64,000 nt of DNA from an uncultured Alphaproteobacteria bacterium (GCA_963765745.1 CAVXXM010000004.1:172474-236473), one strand, 5' to 3'; counted from the first letter of the stretch, positions 9,800 to 20,186 are shown. Numbers and translations are program-made. Notes: a model not told the origin generated them from the sequence alone.

Positions 9800-10675
9800 C
9801 TAGAGCCCGTAGCGCGACCAGAGCGCACGAGCTTCGATCGCGGAAACGAGGCTACCGGCCCAATCGCCGGGCAGCGCACGTCTCCATTGCTCCGGCCTGA
9901 GCGCCACGCGAACAGGCCGCGCGGCGGGGTGATCAGCGGCATCAGCACCTTCTTGCCGAAGCGCTCGCGCAACACCGTACGCAGGTCGCCGACCTCGTCG
10001 GCGAGCCCGAGCTTGATCGCCTGGCCGCCGACCCAGAACTCGCCTGTGAACAGCGTCTTGTCGGCGCCCTTCAAGCGCTTGCCGCGGCTCTGCTTCACCA
10101 GGTCGATGAAGCCCGTATGGATTTCCTTCTGCAGCGCCTCGATCCGTTTCACGTCCTCGGGCCGCTCGGGCTTGAACGGATCGAGCATCACCTTGCGCTC
10201 GCCGGCGGTATGCACGCGCCGCTCGATGCCGTATTTCTGGATCAGCTTGTCGAAGCCGAAGCCCGCAGCCACCACGCCGATCGAGCCGACGATCGAATTC
10301 GGATCGACCACGATCTCGTCGGCTGCGCACGCGATCATGTAGCCGCCGGAAGCCGCCACGTCCTCGACGAAGGCGATCACCGGCCGCTTGTGCTCGGCCG
10401 CGAGCGAACGGATGCGCTTGTAGATGAGATGCGATTGCGCCGCCGAGCCGCCCGGCGAATTGATCACGATGGCCACCGCCTTGGCATGGCGCACCTTGAA
10501 CGCGCGCTCCAGCATCGCGCGCCGAGCCCGCGAGCGTCATGCCGGGCCTGAGCGGCGTCGAAAAGCCGATCGTGCCGGAAAGCCGCACAACGGGAACGAC
10601 CGGCGTGCGTTCGCGCCAGCGCTTGGGCAGCAGGCGGCGCAACGAGCTGAGAAATGAACGGGCCATAACCATCAC
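9800..10675 (-). pseudogene. sppA: S49-family signal peptide peptidase (SppA-like) with two opposite frame changes
   Basis: N-terminus (VPVVRLSGTIGFSTPLRPGMTLAGSAR) and C-terminus (AGSLVSAIEARALWSRYGL-stop) are in the frame of ORF 9800..10675. The catalytic core (AVAIVINSPGGS...FVEDVAASGGYMIACAADEIV) is in ORF 9769..10515. Confidence 0.8.
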
Positions 10676-10697
10676 ATAGGGCGCGCCGGGTGCGCGC

Positions 10698-11471
10698 TCA
10701 AGCCGGGTCGAGCGGGGCCCCGCCGCGCAGCACCGCCTCAGCCTCCGTAAGCATGAAGCCGGGCCGGATTATGGGCGGCGTGCGGCGGCCCTTCTTGGCG
10801 CGCACGATCAGGCGGATCGCGGGCTTGTCCGGCCGCGGATGGACCGGGATCAATTCTACGGCACCGAAGCGGCGGTCGAGTGCCGCGAGGATCGCGGCCA
10901 TCGCCTCGGGCCGGTGGATCAGCACGAAAGTCCCGCCCGCCTTGAGCAACCTGTCGGCCGCGCGCACCCAGATTTCCAGTGTCGAATCCGCCGCCGCGTG
11001 TGCGCGCCGGCGTGCGCTATCGGGCGAGGCGCGCCGCCGCGCCGGGTCGTTGAACGGCGGATTGGCGAGCACCAGATCGGCGCTCGACGCCTTCGGATGA
11101 TGCGGCCCGCCGCGGCGCGCGAGTAAATCCACATCGGCGGCGACGATCGCCGTGCGCGCCGTAAATCCGTTCTTTACGCTGTTGGCGCGCGCGAGCCCGG
11201 CCAGCCGCTTGTCGATCTCGACCAGCGTCACGCGCTCCGCCACGTCGCGCGCAAGCAACGCCAGCCCCGCGGTGCCGATCCCGGCGCCGAGATCGATCGC
11301 ATGTTTCGCCGAGGGACAAGCCGCCGCGAGCAGGATCGCGTCGTGGCCGGCCCGGTGTCCGCGCGCGGGCTGCAGCAGCTTCAGGCGACCGCCCAGCACC
11401 GCGTCGTCGGTGACGTCGCCCAGGCTCTCGCCCGGATCAGCGCGGCGGGAGCGCATCGCCGAGCCCCGCAT
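10698..11471 (-). CDS. SAM-dependent methyltransferase, YfiC/TrmN6-like
   Basis: DLGAGIGTAGLALLA (motif I) and LVLANPPFN (NPPF motif IV). The start codon is uncertain (Met1 or Met6). Confidence 0.7.
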   Translation of the reverse strand: MRGSAMRSRRADPGESLGDVTDDAVLGGRLKLLQPARGHRAGHDAILLAAACPSAKHAIDLGAGIGTAGLALLARDVAERVTLVEIDKRLAGLARANSVKNGFTARTAIVAADVDLLARRGGPHHPKASSADLVLANPPFNDPARRRASPDSARRRAHAAADSTLEIWVRAADRLLKAGGTFVLIHRPEAMAAILAALDRRFGAVELIPVHPRPDKPAIRLIVRAKKGRRTPPIIRPGFMLTEAEAVLRGGAPLDPA

Positions 11472-11661
11472 CGCTCATGAGCGTCCGCGCGCGTTGATGC
11501 TCGTCGTTCGGCACCAGCACGCGCCGCGGCAGGATTCCGATCGAGCCTTCCATCGAACTCATGTTCTGGTCGGCCACGAAGCAATGAATCTTCGCGCCGG
11601 CGAGAAGCGCCTCGACCGCCGAAATAAGCACGAGGTCGTTGGTGCGCAGAAGCTCGATCAT
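11437..11661 (-). CDS. DUF2007-like small protein (putative signal-transducing protein)
   Basis: 74 aa: MIELLRTNDLVLISAVEALLAGAKIHCFVADQNMSSMEGSIGILPRRVLVPNDEHQRA. Its ATG overlaps the stop of the upstream glycosyltransferase (ATGA). Confidence 0.55.
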   Translation of the reverse strand: MIELLRTNDLVLISAVEALLAGAKIHCFVADQNMSSMEGSIGILPRRVLVPNDEHQRARTLMSDAGLGDALPPR

Positions 11662-12656
11662 GACTGCGCGTCGGTGCGCCGTTCCTGCAGGTAGGGCGCC
11701 CGGTGCGACAGATAGGCGAGCCGTTTCATCTCCTGCCGCCCGCGCGTCACCGTGTCGAGGATGAGCCCCGAGACGAACGCGAGCGAGGCGAGCAACATCA
11801 ATCCGGTGACCAGCACCGCGGTCGGCAGCCGCGGCACCAGGCCGGTCGCGAAGTACGTACGTACCACCGGAATTCCGAGTGCGATCGCGACCAGCACGAG
11901 CACGGCGCCGATCAGGCCGAAGAATTGCAATGGCCGTTCGTTGCGAAACAACTTGCCGATGGTCCACAGGATGCGCAGCCCGTCGCGCCAGGTGTTGAGC
12001 TTGGAGGCCGAGCCCTTGCCACGCGCGTAATAAGGTGTCGGCATTTCCGCGACCGGCATGCCGAGCTCGAGCGCGTGGATGGTGAGTTCCGTCTCGATCT
12101 CGAAACCGGTGGACAGCACGGGGAAGGATTTCACGAACCGGCGCGAAAAAACGCGATAGCCGGAAAGGGTGTCGGTGAAGCTGCGCCCGAAAATGCGGGC
12201 GACGAAGCCTGTGAGCACACGATTGCCGAACCGGTGCCCGCGCCGGTAGGCGGCCTCGTCCCGATCGACCCGCATGCCGACCACCATGTCGAGGTTGCCG
12301 CGCAAGAGCCATTCGACGAGCTTGGGCGCGCTCGGTGCATCGTAGGTGGCGTCGCCGTCCACCAGCACATAGATGTCGGCGTCGATGTCGGCGAACATGC
12401 GCCGCACCACGTGGCCCTTGCCCTGGCGGTGTTCGCTGCCGACCACGGCGCCGGCCTTGCGCGCCATCTGCGCGGTGCGGTCGCTCGAATTGTTGTCGTA
12501 GACGTGGATCGCCGCTTGCGGCAGCGCCTTCTTGAACTCGGCCACCACTTTCCCGATCGCTGCTTCCTCGTTGTAGCAAGGCACCAGCACGGCGATGCGT
12601 TGTCCGCCGGCGTCATGCGCGGCATTTCGGCTGATAGACGTGGGGCGGCGCGGCAT
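11658..12656 (-). CDS. Family 2 glycosyltransferase with C-terminal TM helices
   Basis: VLVPCYNEE and VLVDGDATY (DxD). Met35 of ORF 11658..12758 was chosen as the start because it follows GGAGGAGAA. Met1 would leave only 5 nt to the divergent ispB. Confidence 0.8.
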   Translation of the reverse strand: MPRRPTSISRNAAHDAGGQRIAVLVPCYNEEAAIGKVVAEFKKALPQAAIHVYDNNSSDRTAQMARKAGAVVGSEHRQGKGHVVRRMFADIDADIYVLVDGDATYDAPSAPKLVEWLLRGNLDMVVGMRVDRDEAAYRRGHRFGNRVLTGFVARIFGRSFTDTLSGYRVFSRRFVKSFPVLSTGFEIETELTIHALELGMPVAEMPTPYYARGKGSASKLNTWRDGLRILWTIGKLFRNERPLQFFGLIGAVLVLVAIALGIPVVRTYFATGLVPRLPTAVLVTGLMLLASLAFVSGLILDTVTRGRQEMKRLAYLSHRAPYLQERRTDAQS

Positions 12657-12763
12657 TTCTCCTCCAGTCGCGTTGCGCGGCAATCTATTCCGGATTCGCC
12701 ACCGCACCAAAGGGCGGCCCTTGCCCGTGCGGGAGGCTTCTTTATGGTGGCCGGTCACAGGGA

Positions 12764-13783
12764 GTGCATGCCGTGGCCGTCGTCCTGCCGTTCGAGTCGT
12801 CCCGGGAGCCGTCGATCGAGCTTCTTTCAGCGCTCGTGCGCGCCGACCTGGAGCGCGTGAACGCCCTGATCCTCACCCGTACCGGCTCCGAAGTGGCGAT
12901 GATCCCGGAAGTGGCGAACCATCTGATTTCCTCGGGCGGCAAGCGGCTGCGGCCCATGCTGACGTTGGCGACCGCTGCGCTCTGTGGTTACCGCGGCGAC
13001 GGGCAGGTCAAGCTCGCGGCTTCGGTCGAGTTCATGCATACGGCGACGCTCTTGCACGACGACGTGGTGGACCAGAGCGAGATGCGCCGGGGCAAGCTCG
13101 CCGCGCGCATGGTCTGGGGCAACGAGGCGAGCGTGCTGGTTGGCGATTTCCTGCTCGGCCAGGCGTTCAAGATGATGGTCGAGGTCGGTTCGCTGCGCGC
13201 GCTGGAGATTCTGTCCGCCGCCGCCGCGGTCATCGCCGAGGGCGAGGTGATGCAGCTCGCCGCCGCCAAGAACCTCGACACCACCGAGGACGCTTATCTC
13301 GCCGTGATCCGCGCCAAGACCGCGGAGCTGTTCGCCGCCGCCTGCGAGGTCGGCCCCGTGCTCGCGCGCCGGCCCAAGGCCGAGGAGGCCGCCTGCCGCT
13401 CGTTTGGCATGAATCTGGGCATCGCTTTCCAGCTCGTCGACGACGCCCTCGATTACGGCGGCACCGGCGCCAAACTCGGCAAGAACGTCGGCGACGATTT
13501 CCGCGAGGGCAAGATCACGCTGCCGATCATTCTCGCGTTCCGCCGCGGCAACGAAGACGAGCGGCGCTTCTGGCGCAAGGCTCTGGAGAAGGGCGAAGTC
13601 ACGGATCGCGATCTGGAGGAAGCGGTCGGGCTGGTCGCGCGCCACAATTGCCTCGAGGACACGATCGAGCGCGCGCGTCATTATGGCGCCATCGCCCAGG
13701 ACGCGCTGGCGCTGTTTCCCGACGGCGACGGCAAGCGTGCGCTGCTCGAAGCGGTCGAGTTCTGCATCGCCCGCGCGCATTGA
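12764..13783 (+). CDS. ispB: Polyprenyl (octaprenyl-type) diphosphate synthase
   Basis: LLHDDVVD and FQLVDDALDY aspartate-rich motifs. 339 aa. Confidence 0.85.
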   Translation: MHAVAVVLPFESSREPSIELLSALVRADLERVNALILTRTGSEVAMIPEVANHLISSGGKRLRPMLTLATAALCGYRGDGQVKLAASVEFMHTATLLHDDVVDQSEMRRGKLAARMVWGNEASVLVGDFLLGQAFKMMVEVGSLRALEILSAAAAVIAEGEVMQLAAAKNLDTTEDAYLAVIRAKTAELFAAACEVGPVLARRPKAEEAACRSFGMNLGIAFQLVDDALDYGGTGAKLGKNVGDDFREGKITLPIILAFRRGNEDERRFWRKALEKGEVTDRDLEEAVGLVARHNCLEDTIERARHYGAIAQDALALFPDGDGKRALLEAVEFCIARAH

Positions 13784-13786
13784 ACG

Positions 13787-14653
13787 CTAGCGCAGCGTCG
13801 TCGCCACCGCCCACCAGCCGGGCCGCTCTTTGCGGATCGTCCGCGCCGCGTCCTTGGCTTCGTCCTGGTCCGCGAAAATACCGAACGTGCCCGAGCCCGA
13901 ACCCGACATGCGCACGAGCTCGGCGCCGTTCTCGTCGAGCGACTCCTCGGCCGCGGCGATCACCGGCGCCACCGAGCGCGCCCCCCGCGATAGATCGTTT
14001 CCCTCCCGACCGATGAACTCGACCAGCGCCGCGCGCCGCTTCGGAATATCCGAAACGGCGTAAGGCGCGTCGCGCCGCCCGCCAATCAACGCCTGGTATT
14101 TCCGGAACACCGCCGCGGTCGCGACCGGCAGCCCGGGATAGACCAGTACCACCTCCAGCTTCGGCAGCTTGATCGGCACGGAAAGCACCTCGCCGATGCC
14201 CGACATGATCCGCGCCTTGGATTCGAGGCAGACCGGAACGTCCGCGCCGGTCGCCTTGGCCGCCTCCATCAGACGCGGGTCGGAAAGTTCGAGACCATTG
14301 GCCTCGGCGATCAACCGCAGCGCCGCCGCCGCGTCGGCCGATCCGCCGCCGAAGCCCGCGCCGGCCGGAATTTGTTTTTCCAGCTCGAAGCGCCCGAGCT
14401 TGAGCTTCTCGATTCGGCTCGCTGCCGCACGCGCGGCGACCAGAACGAGATTGTCCGGGCCCGCGCCCGCGGTCGCCGCGGTCGGGCCATGCACGGAAAG
14501 TTCGAGCCCGGCACCCGGCTCGAGCTCGAGCCGGTCACCGATCGCGGCGAACGCCACCAGGCTGGTCAAATCATGGTTATTGTCGGCCCGGCGCGCGAGT
14601 ACGCGGAGCGTAAGATTCACTTTGGCAGCTGCGAGCGTTTGCAATCGAGGCAT
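13787..14653 (-). CDS. ispE: 4-diphosphocytidyl-2-C-methyl-D-erythritol kinase
   Basis: AAAKVNLTLRVL and IPAGAGFGGGSADAAAAL. Start set at Met54 of ORF 13787..14812 (MPRLQTLAAAKVNL). Confidence 0.85.
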   Translation of the reverse strand: MPRLQTLAAAKVNLTLRVLARRADNNHDLTSLVAFAAIGDRLELEPGAGLELSVHGPTAATAGAGPDNLVLVAARAAASRIEKLKLGRFELEKQIPAGAGFGGGSADAAAALRLIAEANGLELSDPRLMEAAKATGADVPVCLESKARIMSGIGEVLSVPIKLPKLEVVLVYPGLPVATAAVFRKYQALIGGRRDAPYAVSDIPKRRAALVEFIGREGNDLSRGARSVAPVIAAAEESLDENGAELVRMSGSGSGTFGIFADQDEAKDAARTIRKERPGWWAVATTLR

Positions 14654-14751
14654 GGGGATCGATGCCACGTCCTTGCCGCAGCCGCAAATCAGGGGCATGT
14701 TCACGTCGAATACCGAAGCGGCCGCTTTTCCCTGCCGCAGGAGACTTCCTC

Positions 14752-16494
14752 TTGCAGACCTTCCGCTCCACCGTCTTCGCCGCAGCGTTATTCGCCGGCG
14801 GTGCCGTTGCACTTATTCCTGCGGCGCGCGCCGAGGTTCCGTCACCGTCGGTGATCGCGCGCACTTCGCCGGCGGGGAACTATCTCGCCGGGCGCCATGC
14901 GACGGTCTCGCGCGACGCGGATGCGGCGATGGCCTATTATCGCGCTGCGCTCAGGGCCGATCCGAAGAACGAGGAACTGCTGGAGCGCACGTTTCTGACC
15001 ATGCTGGCCAGTGGCGCGGTCGAGGAAGCCGCTCCGCTCGCCGAGCGTCTGATCGTAATCGAGAAGTCGCATCGCATGGCTCGCCTCACGCTTGCCGCGC
15101 GCGCGATCAAGCGCAACCAATTCGCCTCCGCGCGCAGCCACTTGAGCCAGTCGGTGCGCGGGCCGATCGCGGATCTGACCGCCACGCTGGTCGGCGCCTG
15201 GGCGCAATTCGGCGCCAACGATTCCAAGGGCGCCATCGAAGCCATCGACCGGCTGCAGGGGCCGGACTGGTACGCGACGTTCAAGGATCTTCATGCCGGC
15301 CTGATGCTCGACGCGGCGACTCAACGCCGCGAAGCCGGGCTGCGTTTGCAGAAGGCTTATCGCGCCGACCCGAACTCATTGCGCACGATGGAAGCCTACG
15401 CGCGCTGGGCGAGCCGCGCCGGCGAGCGCGACGTGGCGCTCAAGACCTTCGCCGAATTCGAACGCGTGCTTCCGCGCCATCCGATCGTCCAAGCCGCGGT
15501 CGCCGAGATCGAATCCGGGCGGCCGCTTACGCCGCTTCTGCGCACGCCTTCGGCCGGCGCCGCCGAGGTGCTCTATGGCCTCGGCTCCGCGCTCGGCCGC
15601 CAGGGCGGGGAAGATCTCGGTCTGGTCTATCTCCAGCTCGCGCTGTTCGTCGAGCCGCAGCATCCGATCGCGCTGATCGCGCTCGCCGACCTCTATGAGA
15701 ACGTGAAGAAGCCGGAACAAGCGATCGAAGTCTACTCGCGGGTGCCCGCCAATTCGCCCCTCAAGCGCAATGCCGAAATCCACCGCAGCCTCAACCTCGA
15801 CGCGCTCGATCGCACCGAGGAGGCGCGGAAAAATCTGGAAGAGTTGGTAGCCGCCAAGCCCGGCGATCTGGAGGCGATTACCGCGCTCGGTAACCTGCTC
15901 CGCGCCCGCAAGTTCTACAAGGAAGCGGCTGAAATCTATTCCCGGGCGGTGGAGAAGATCGGAACGCCGGACCGGGGCCATTGGGCGCTGTTCTATTTCC
16001 GCGGCATCAGCTTCGAGCGCTCCAAGCAATGGCCGCGCGCGGAGAAGGACTTCGAGCTGGCGCTGAAGCTGTTCCCCGATCAGCCGCAGGTTCTGAACTA
16101 TCTCGGCTATTCCTGGGTCGATCAGGGCCTGAACCTGGACAAGGCCGTCGACATGATCCGCAAGGCCGTGGCGCTCAGGCCCAACGACGGCTACATCGTC
16201 GACAGCTTGGGCTGGGCCTATTACCGCCTCGGCCGCTACGAGGATGCGGTGCGCGAACTCGAGCGCGCGATCGAGCTCAAACCCGAGGACCCGGTCATCA
16301 ACGACCACCTCGGCGATGCCTATTGGAAAGTCGGCCGCCGCGTGGAGTCGTTCTTCCAGTGGAGCCACGCCAAGGACCTCAAGCCCGAGCCCGAGGATCT
16401 GGAGAAGATCCAGGCGAAGCTGAAGGACGGGCTCAAGGACGGCGAGCCGCCGCAGAAGGCCGGCGCGGTTGAAACTAAGGGCAACGGTGGCTAA
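14752..16494 (+). CDS. Secreted tetratricopeptide-repeat protein
   Basis: A TTG start follows AGGAGA. Signal peptide QTFRSTVFAAALFAGGAVALIPAARA. Multiple TPR units, for example NYLGYSWVDQGLNLDKAVDMIRKAVALRPNDGYIVDSLGWAYYRLGRYEDAV. Confidence 0.7.
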   Translation: MQTFRSTVFAAALFAGGAVALIPAARAEVPSPSVIARTSPAGNYLAGRHATVSRDADAAMAYYRAALRADPKNEELLERTFLTMLASGAVEEAAPLAERLIVIEKSHRMARLTLAARAIKRNQFASARSHLSQSVRGPIADLTATLVGAWAQFGANDSKGAIEAIDRLQGPDWYATFKDLHAGLMLDAATQRREAGLRLQKAYRADPNSLRTMEAYARWASRAGERDVALKTFAEFERVLPRHPIVQAAVAEIESGRPLTPLLRTPSAGAAEVLYGLGSALGRQGGEDLGLVYLQLALFVEPQHPIALIALADLYENVKKPEQAIEVYSRVPANSPLKRNAEIHRSLNLDALDRTEEARKNLEELVAAKPGDLEAITALGNLLRARKFYKEAAEIYSRAVEKIGTPDRGHWALFYFRGISFERSKQWPRAEKDFELALKLFPDQPQVLNYLGYSWVDQGLNLDKAVDMIRKAVALRPNDGYIVDSLGWAYYRLGRYEDAVRELERAIELKPEDPVINDHLGDAYWKVGRRVESFFQWSHAKDLKPEPEDLEKIQAKLKDGLKDGEPPQKAGAVETKGNGG

Positions 16495-16643
16495 AAAGTA
16501 GCCATTCGATTATTCCCTTCAATCCATGCTTATTTTTGCCGCGCGACCAAGCGACGCGCCGGCGAATTCACGGCCTGTCCCGGACTAGCCCGCCTACAAC
16601 GCCCGGTTCATAATCGTCTCGTACGCTACTCGGATTCACATTT

Positions 16644-17162
16644 TTGCGCGAGCCCGAAGCGGTGCGAGGGGTCATGCACAAGCCGCGCTATGGAATCGTG
16701 CCGGTCGAGGTGATGCTGAACCAGGATGGGTTCAGCTATCTCGACGCCATGCGCCGTGGCGAAATCCTCTCGCCGCCGATGTACGAGACGTTGGGCTTGC
16801 GCTTGAAGGAAGTGGAGCGTGGCCGTGTCGTCGTGGAGGGTACTCCGAGCTTGCGGTTCTACGGTCCGGTCAACAACGTGCACGTGGGCTTCACGTCGGG
16901 TGTGCTTCAGGCCGCGCTGGTCTCCGCGGTCCAGTCCGCGCTTGAGGCCGGGGAGATGGGACTTCCGGTCGAATACAAAGTGAACCTCGTGCGCCCGGTG
17001 CTCGAAACGACCGGGCCGGTCGATGCGATCGCCATGGTGCTCTATCGCGGCCGCACCGTTGCGACCGCCGAAGGCAAACTCGTGGACGCCGCGGGCAAGC
17101 TCTATGCTCACGCCAGCGTCACCTGCACGATCATGACTCAGGAAGTGAAAAAGGAAGACTAG
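16644..17162 (+). CDS. PaaI-family (hotdog-fold) thioesterase
   Basis: 172-aa ORF. The hotdog-like pattern GLRLKEVERGRVVVEG...VHVGFTSGVLQAAL...GRTVATAEGKLVDAAGKLYAHASVTC fits the family. Met11 is an alternative start. Confidence 0.55.
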   Translation: MREPEAVRGVMHKPRYGIVPVEVMLNQDGFSYLDAMRRGEILSPPMYETLGLRLKEVERGRVVVEGTPSLRFYGPVNNVHVGFTSGVLQAALVSAVQSALEAGEMGLPVEYKVNLVRPVLETTGPVDAIAMVLYRGRTVATAEGKLVDAAGKLYAHASVTCTIMTQEVKKED

Positions 17163-17629
17163 GGCGAAGTCGGCTGCGGACTGGAAACGGGGCCGCTGGT
17201 CCGGCGCTGTACGCCGCGCCTCCGCGCCAAGAGCATGCGGCCTTCGCTTGTGAAGTCGCAATACATGAAGCTGAGTCCGAAATTGGCGAACGCCCCGCGG
17301 AAACTGCGCGGGCTCGTGCGCGTCACCGTGAAGCAGGGCTCGAACGGCAGGCCGCGCAGCGTGGCGCAAACCTGGTCGCCGCGCGGATAGAGAGTGTTCT
17401 GCGGCAGGCGCAGATAACGCAACACGTCGGAGCCTACGAAACGGATATTACCGGCGACCGAGCCGTCGGCGAAAATGCGGCCGGCGCCGCGGGTGCCGTC
17501 GAAGCAGCTATAGGCGAACAGCTTGCCGGCGACGAAGACGCGGGCTTCCTCGCCGCTCAGAGTCTGCTGGGCGGCGGCGGGCGCCGCGGTCAGCAGCGCG
17601 AGAACGGGGAGCGCGCGGAGAACTCGCAT
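17159..17629 (-). CDS. Secreted hypothetical protein (156 aa)
   Basis: Signal peptide MRVLRALPVLALLTAAPAAAQQ (internal Met of ORF 17159..18028). No family recognised. Confidence 0.45.
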   Translation of the reverse strand: MRVLRALPVLALLTAAPAAAQQTLSGEEARVFVAGKLFAYSCFDGTRGAGRIFADGSVAGNIRFVGSDVLRYLRLPQNTLYPRGDQVCATLRGLPFEPCFTVTRTSPRSFRGAFANFGLSFMYCDFTSEGRMLLARRRGVQRRTSGPVSSPQPTSP

Positions 17630-17685
17630 CGGCGGAGCGTCCCGAATGATTCGGACGAAGGTTGGGCAGACCGGGGCGTATTTTG

Positions 17686-18680
17686 TCAAGCGCGCCCAAT
17701 TCGCACCACCGTGCGGCCGCGCAGTTTCCCGGCCAGGATGTCCCGGCCCGCGCCGACCAGGTCTGCGAACGCCACTTCTCGCGTGATCGCCGAAAGCTTC
17801 GCCCGGTCGAGGTCGCGCGCGAGCCGCTGCCAGGCCTCGCGGCGCAAGGGTTGCGGGCATTGCACTGAATCGATTCCGAGCAGCGAAACGCCGCGCAGGA
17901 TGAAGGGCGCCACCGAGGTCGGCAAATCCATCCCACCCGCGAGCCCACAGGCGGCAATCGCCCCGCCATACTTCGTCATCGCCAGCAGATTGGCGAGCGT
18001 GTTCGAGCCGACCGAGTCGATGCCGCACGCCCAGCGCTCCTTGGCGAGCGCCTTCGGCGCGCCCGCCAGCTCCGCGCGGTCGAGGATCTCGGCGGCGCCG
18101 AGCGACTTCAGATAGTCCGCCTCCTGCGGCCGGCCGGTCGCGGCGATTACCTGGAAGCCGAGCTTGGACAGAAGCGCGATTGCGACCGAGCCGACGCCGC
18201 CCGCGGCGCCGGTGACGATCGCCGGCCCGCGCGCCGGCGTGAGCCCATGGCGCTCGAGCGCGAGCACGGCGAGCATCGCGGTGAAGCCCGCGGTGCCGAT
18301 CGCCATCGCATCACGCGCGGAAATTTCCACGGGCAGCCGCACGAGCCAATCGCCCTTGACCCGCGCTTTCTCGGCATAGCCGCCGAGATGCGTCTCGCCG
18401 AGGCCGAAGCCGTTGAGCACGACCTGGTCGCCCGGCTTCCAGTCGGCGTGCGTCGAGCTTTCGACGGTGCCGGCGAAATCGATGCCGGGGATCATGGGCC
18501 AGCGCCGCACCACCGGCGCCTTGCCGGTGAGCGCGAGGCCGTCCTTGTAATTGATCGTCGACCACTCGACGCGGACGGCGACATCGCCGTCCATGAGGTC
18601 GGTGTCCGCGAGGTCGGCGAAGCGGACCTGTCTGCCCGCCCTCCGATCTTTTCGATCAGCCACGCCTTGAAGCCAGCCAT
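17686..18680 (-). pseudogene. acuI: YhdH/AcuI-type NADPH-dependent acrylyl-CoA (quinone) reductase, frame break near the 5' end
   Basis: N-terminus MAGFKAWLIEKIGG lies in ORF 18492..18680. The rest (VRFADLADTDLMDGDVAVRVEWSTINYKDGLAL...VTGAAGGVGSVAI) lies in ORF 17686..18696. The break is at about 18630-18650. Confidence 0.8.
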
Positions 18681-18700
18681 GGGTGGCTTCTAGCACGAAT

Positions 18701-19942
18701 TCAGGCGGCCGCGACGGCCGGCCGCGCCACCGGGCGTTCCACGATCGGCAGGTTGATGATCGCGGATACGACGCCGAGGATGATCGAGCCCCACCAGATC
18801 ACGTCGTAGGAGCCGGTGCGCTCGAACAGCACGCCGCCCAGCCATACGCCGAGAAAGCCGCCGACCTGGTGGCTGAAGAAGGCGAAGCCGAACAGCGTGG
18901 CGAGCCAGCGCGTGCCGAACATCAGCGCCACGAGGCCCGAGGTCGGCGGCACGGTCGAAAGCCACAGCAGCCCCATCACCGCGCCGAATACGACGGCGGA
19001 AGTCGGCGTGACCGGCAGCGTGATGAAAGCCACGACCGCGAGCGAGCGCGCGAAGTAGATGATCGACAAGAGATAGCGTTTCGGCATCCGGTCGCCGAGC
19101 CATCCGGCGAGCAACGAGCCCACGATGTTGAACAGGCCGATGACGCCGAGCGTCCAGGCGCCGGCATCGGCCGACAAGCCGCGATCGACCAGATAGGCCG
19201 GCAAGTGCACGGTGATGAACAGGAGCTGGAAACCGCAGGTGAAAAATCCGAGCACCAGCAGCACATAGCTGCGGTGGCCGAAGGCCTCGGACATCGCCTG
19301 CATCAGCGATTGCTTCTGCGCGGCGCCCGGCGCCGGCGCGGCTTCACCTCGCGGAGCGGCGAGCGCCAGCGAGAGTGGAATGATGAGCAGAACGATCGCG
19401 CTGAAGATCAACAGCGCGCTCTGCCAGCCGAAGCCCTGGATCAGTCCGACCGCGAGCGGCGAGAACAGGAACTGGCCGAACGAGCCCGCCGCGGTGCCGG
19501 CGCCGAAGGCGAGCGATCGCCAGTTTTCCGGCAGCAGCTTGCCGAAAGAGGCAAGTACCAGCGTGAACGAGGTTCCGGCGATGCCGAAGCCGGCGATGAA
19601 GCCCGCCGAGAGATTGAGCATCGCCGGCGTCGTCGATTGCGCCATCAGCGTGAGACCGGCGGCATACAGGACCGCCCCGGCGCTCATCACCAGCACGGCG
19701 CCGAACCGGTCGGCCAGCGCGCCGACCAGCGGCAGCGCGGCGCCCCAGATCAGAACCTGGATCGCCAGCGCCAGCGCGAACACGTCGCGGCCCCAGCTAT
19801 TGGCGGCCGACATCGGTGGGAGAAACAGCCCAAGCGCCGAGCGCGGCCCGAAGCCGACGACTCCGATCAAGCATCCGGCCACCAGGACGAGGATGAAATA
19901 CTGCTTGCGCGACTCCGACAGGCTCAAGCTCGGCTTCGACAT
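18701..19942 (-). CDS. MFS transporter
   Basis: 413 aa with about 12 predicted helices. ALADRFG motif in loop 2-3. Intact. Confidence 0.85.
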   Translation of the reverse strand: MSKPSLSLSESRKQYFILVLVAGCLIGVVGFGPRSALGLFLPPMSAANSWGRDVFALALAIQVLIWGAALPLVGALADRFGAVLVMSAGAVLYAAGLTLMAQSTTPAMLNLSAGFIAGFGIAGTSFTLVLASFGKLLPENWRSLAFGAGTAAGSFGQFLFSPLAVGLIQGFGWQSALLIFSAIVLLIIPLSLALAAPRGEAAPAPGAAQKQSLMQAMSEAFGHRSYVLLVLGFFTCGFQLLFITVHLPAYLVDRGLSADAGAWTLGVIGLFNIVGSLLAGWLGDRMPKRYLLSIIYFARSLAVVAFITLPVTPTSAVVFGAVMGLLWLSTVPPTSGLVALMFGTRWLATLFGFAFFSHQVGGFLGVWLGGVLFERTGSYDVIWWGSIILGVVSAIINLPIVERPVARPAVAAA

Positions 19943-20131
19943 GAAAGCGTCCTCGCAGCAAAGCGAATGGGGGTTGAACGCACAGGGGCAGGGAACGACT
20001 TCAAGAAGGCTGGCGAACCTAGCGGCAGGTACCGGCGGGCCCTAACGAATATACGTGAGGGCAGCCATCACCGGAACGCATGACGGCCTTGCGCCACGCA
20101 CTGGCGCACGACGAGATTTTGCGCTATATGT

Positions 20132-20150
20132 TGTGCTCTAGTTGAGAATA
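20132..20150 (+). promoter_or_regulatory. Operator-like site 1 upstream of nadA (TGTGCTC-TAGTT-GAGAATA)
   Basis: AT-rich and shares the pattern TGCTC-N5-GAG-N-ATA with site 2, 55 nt downstream. A NadQ-family regulator gene is nearby. I do not remember the consensus, so this is inference only. Confidence 0.25.
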
Positions 20151-20186
20151 AGAGAGCCGGCGCCAGCCGGCTTTCTAAGCTCCGGA

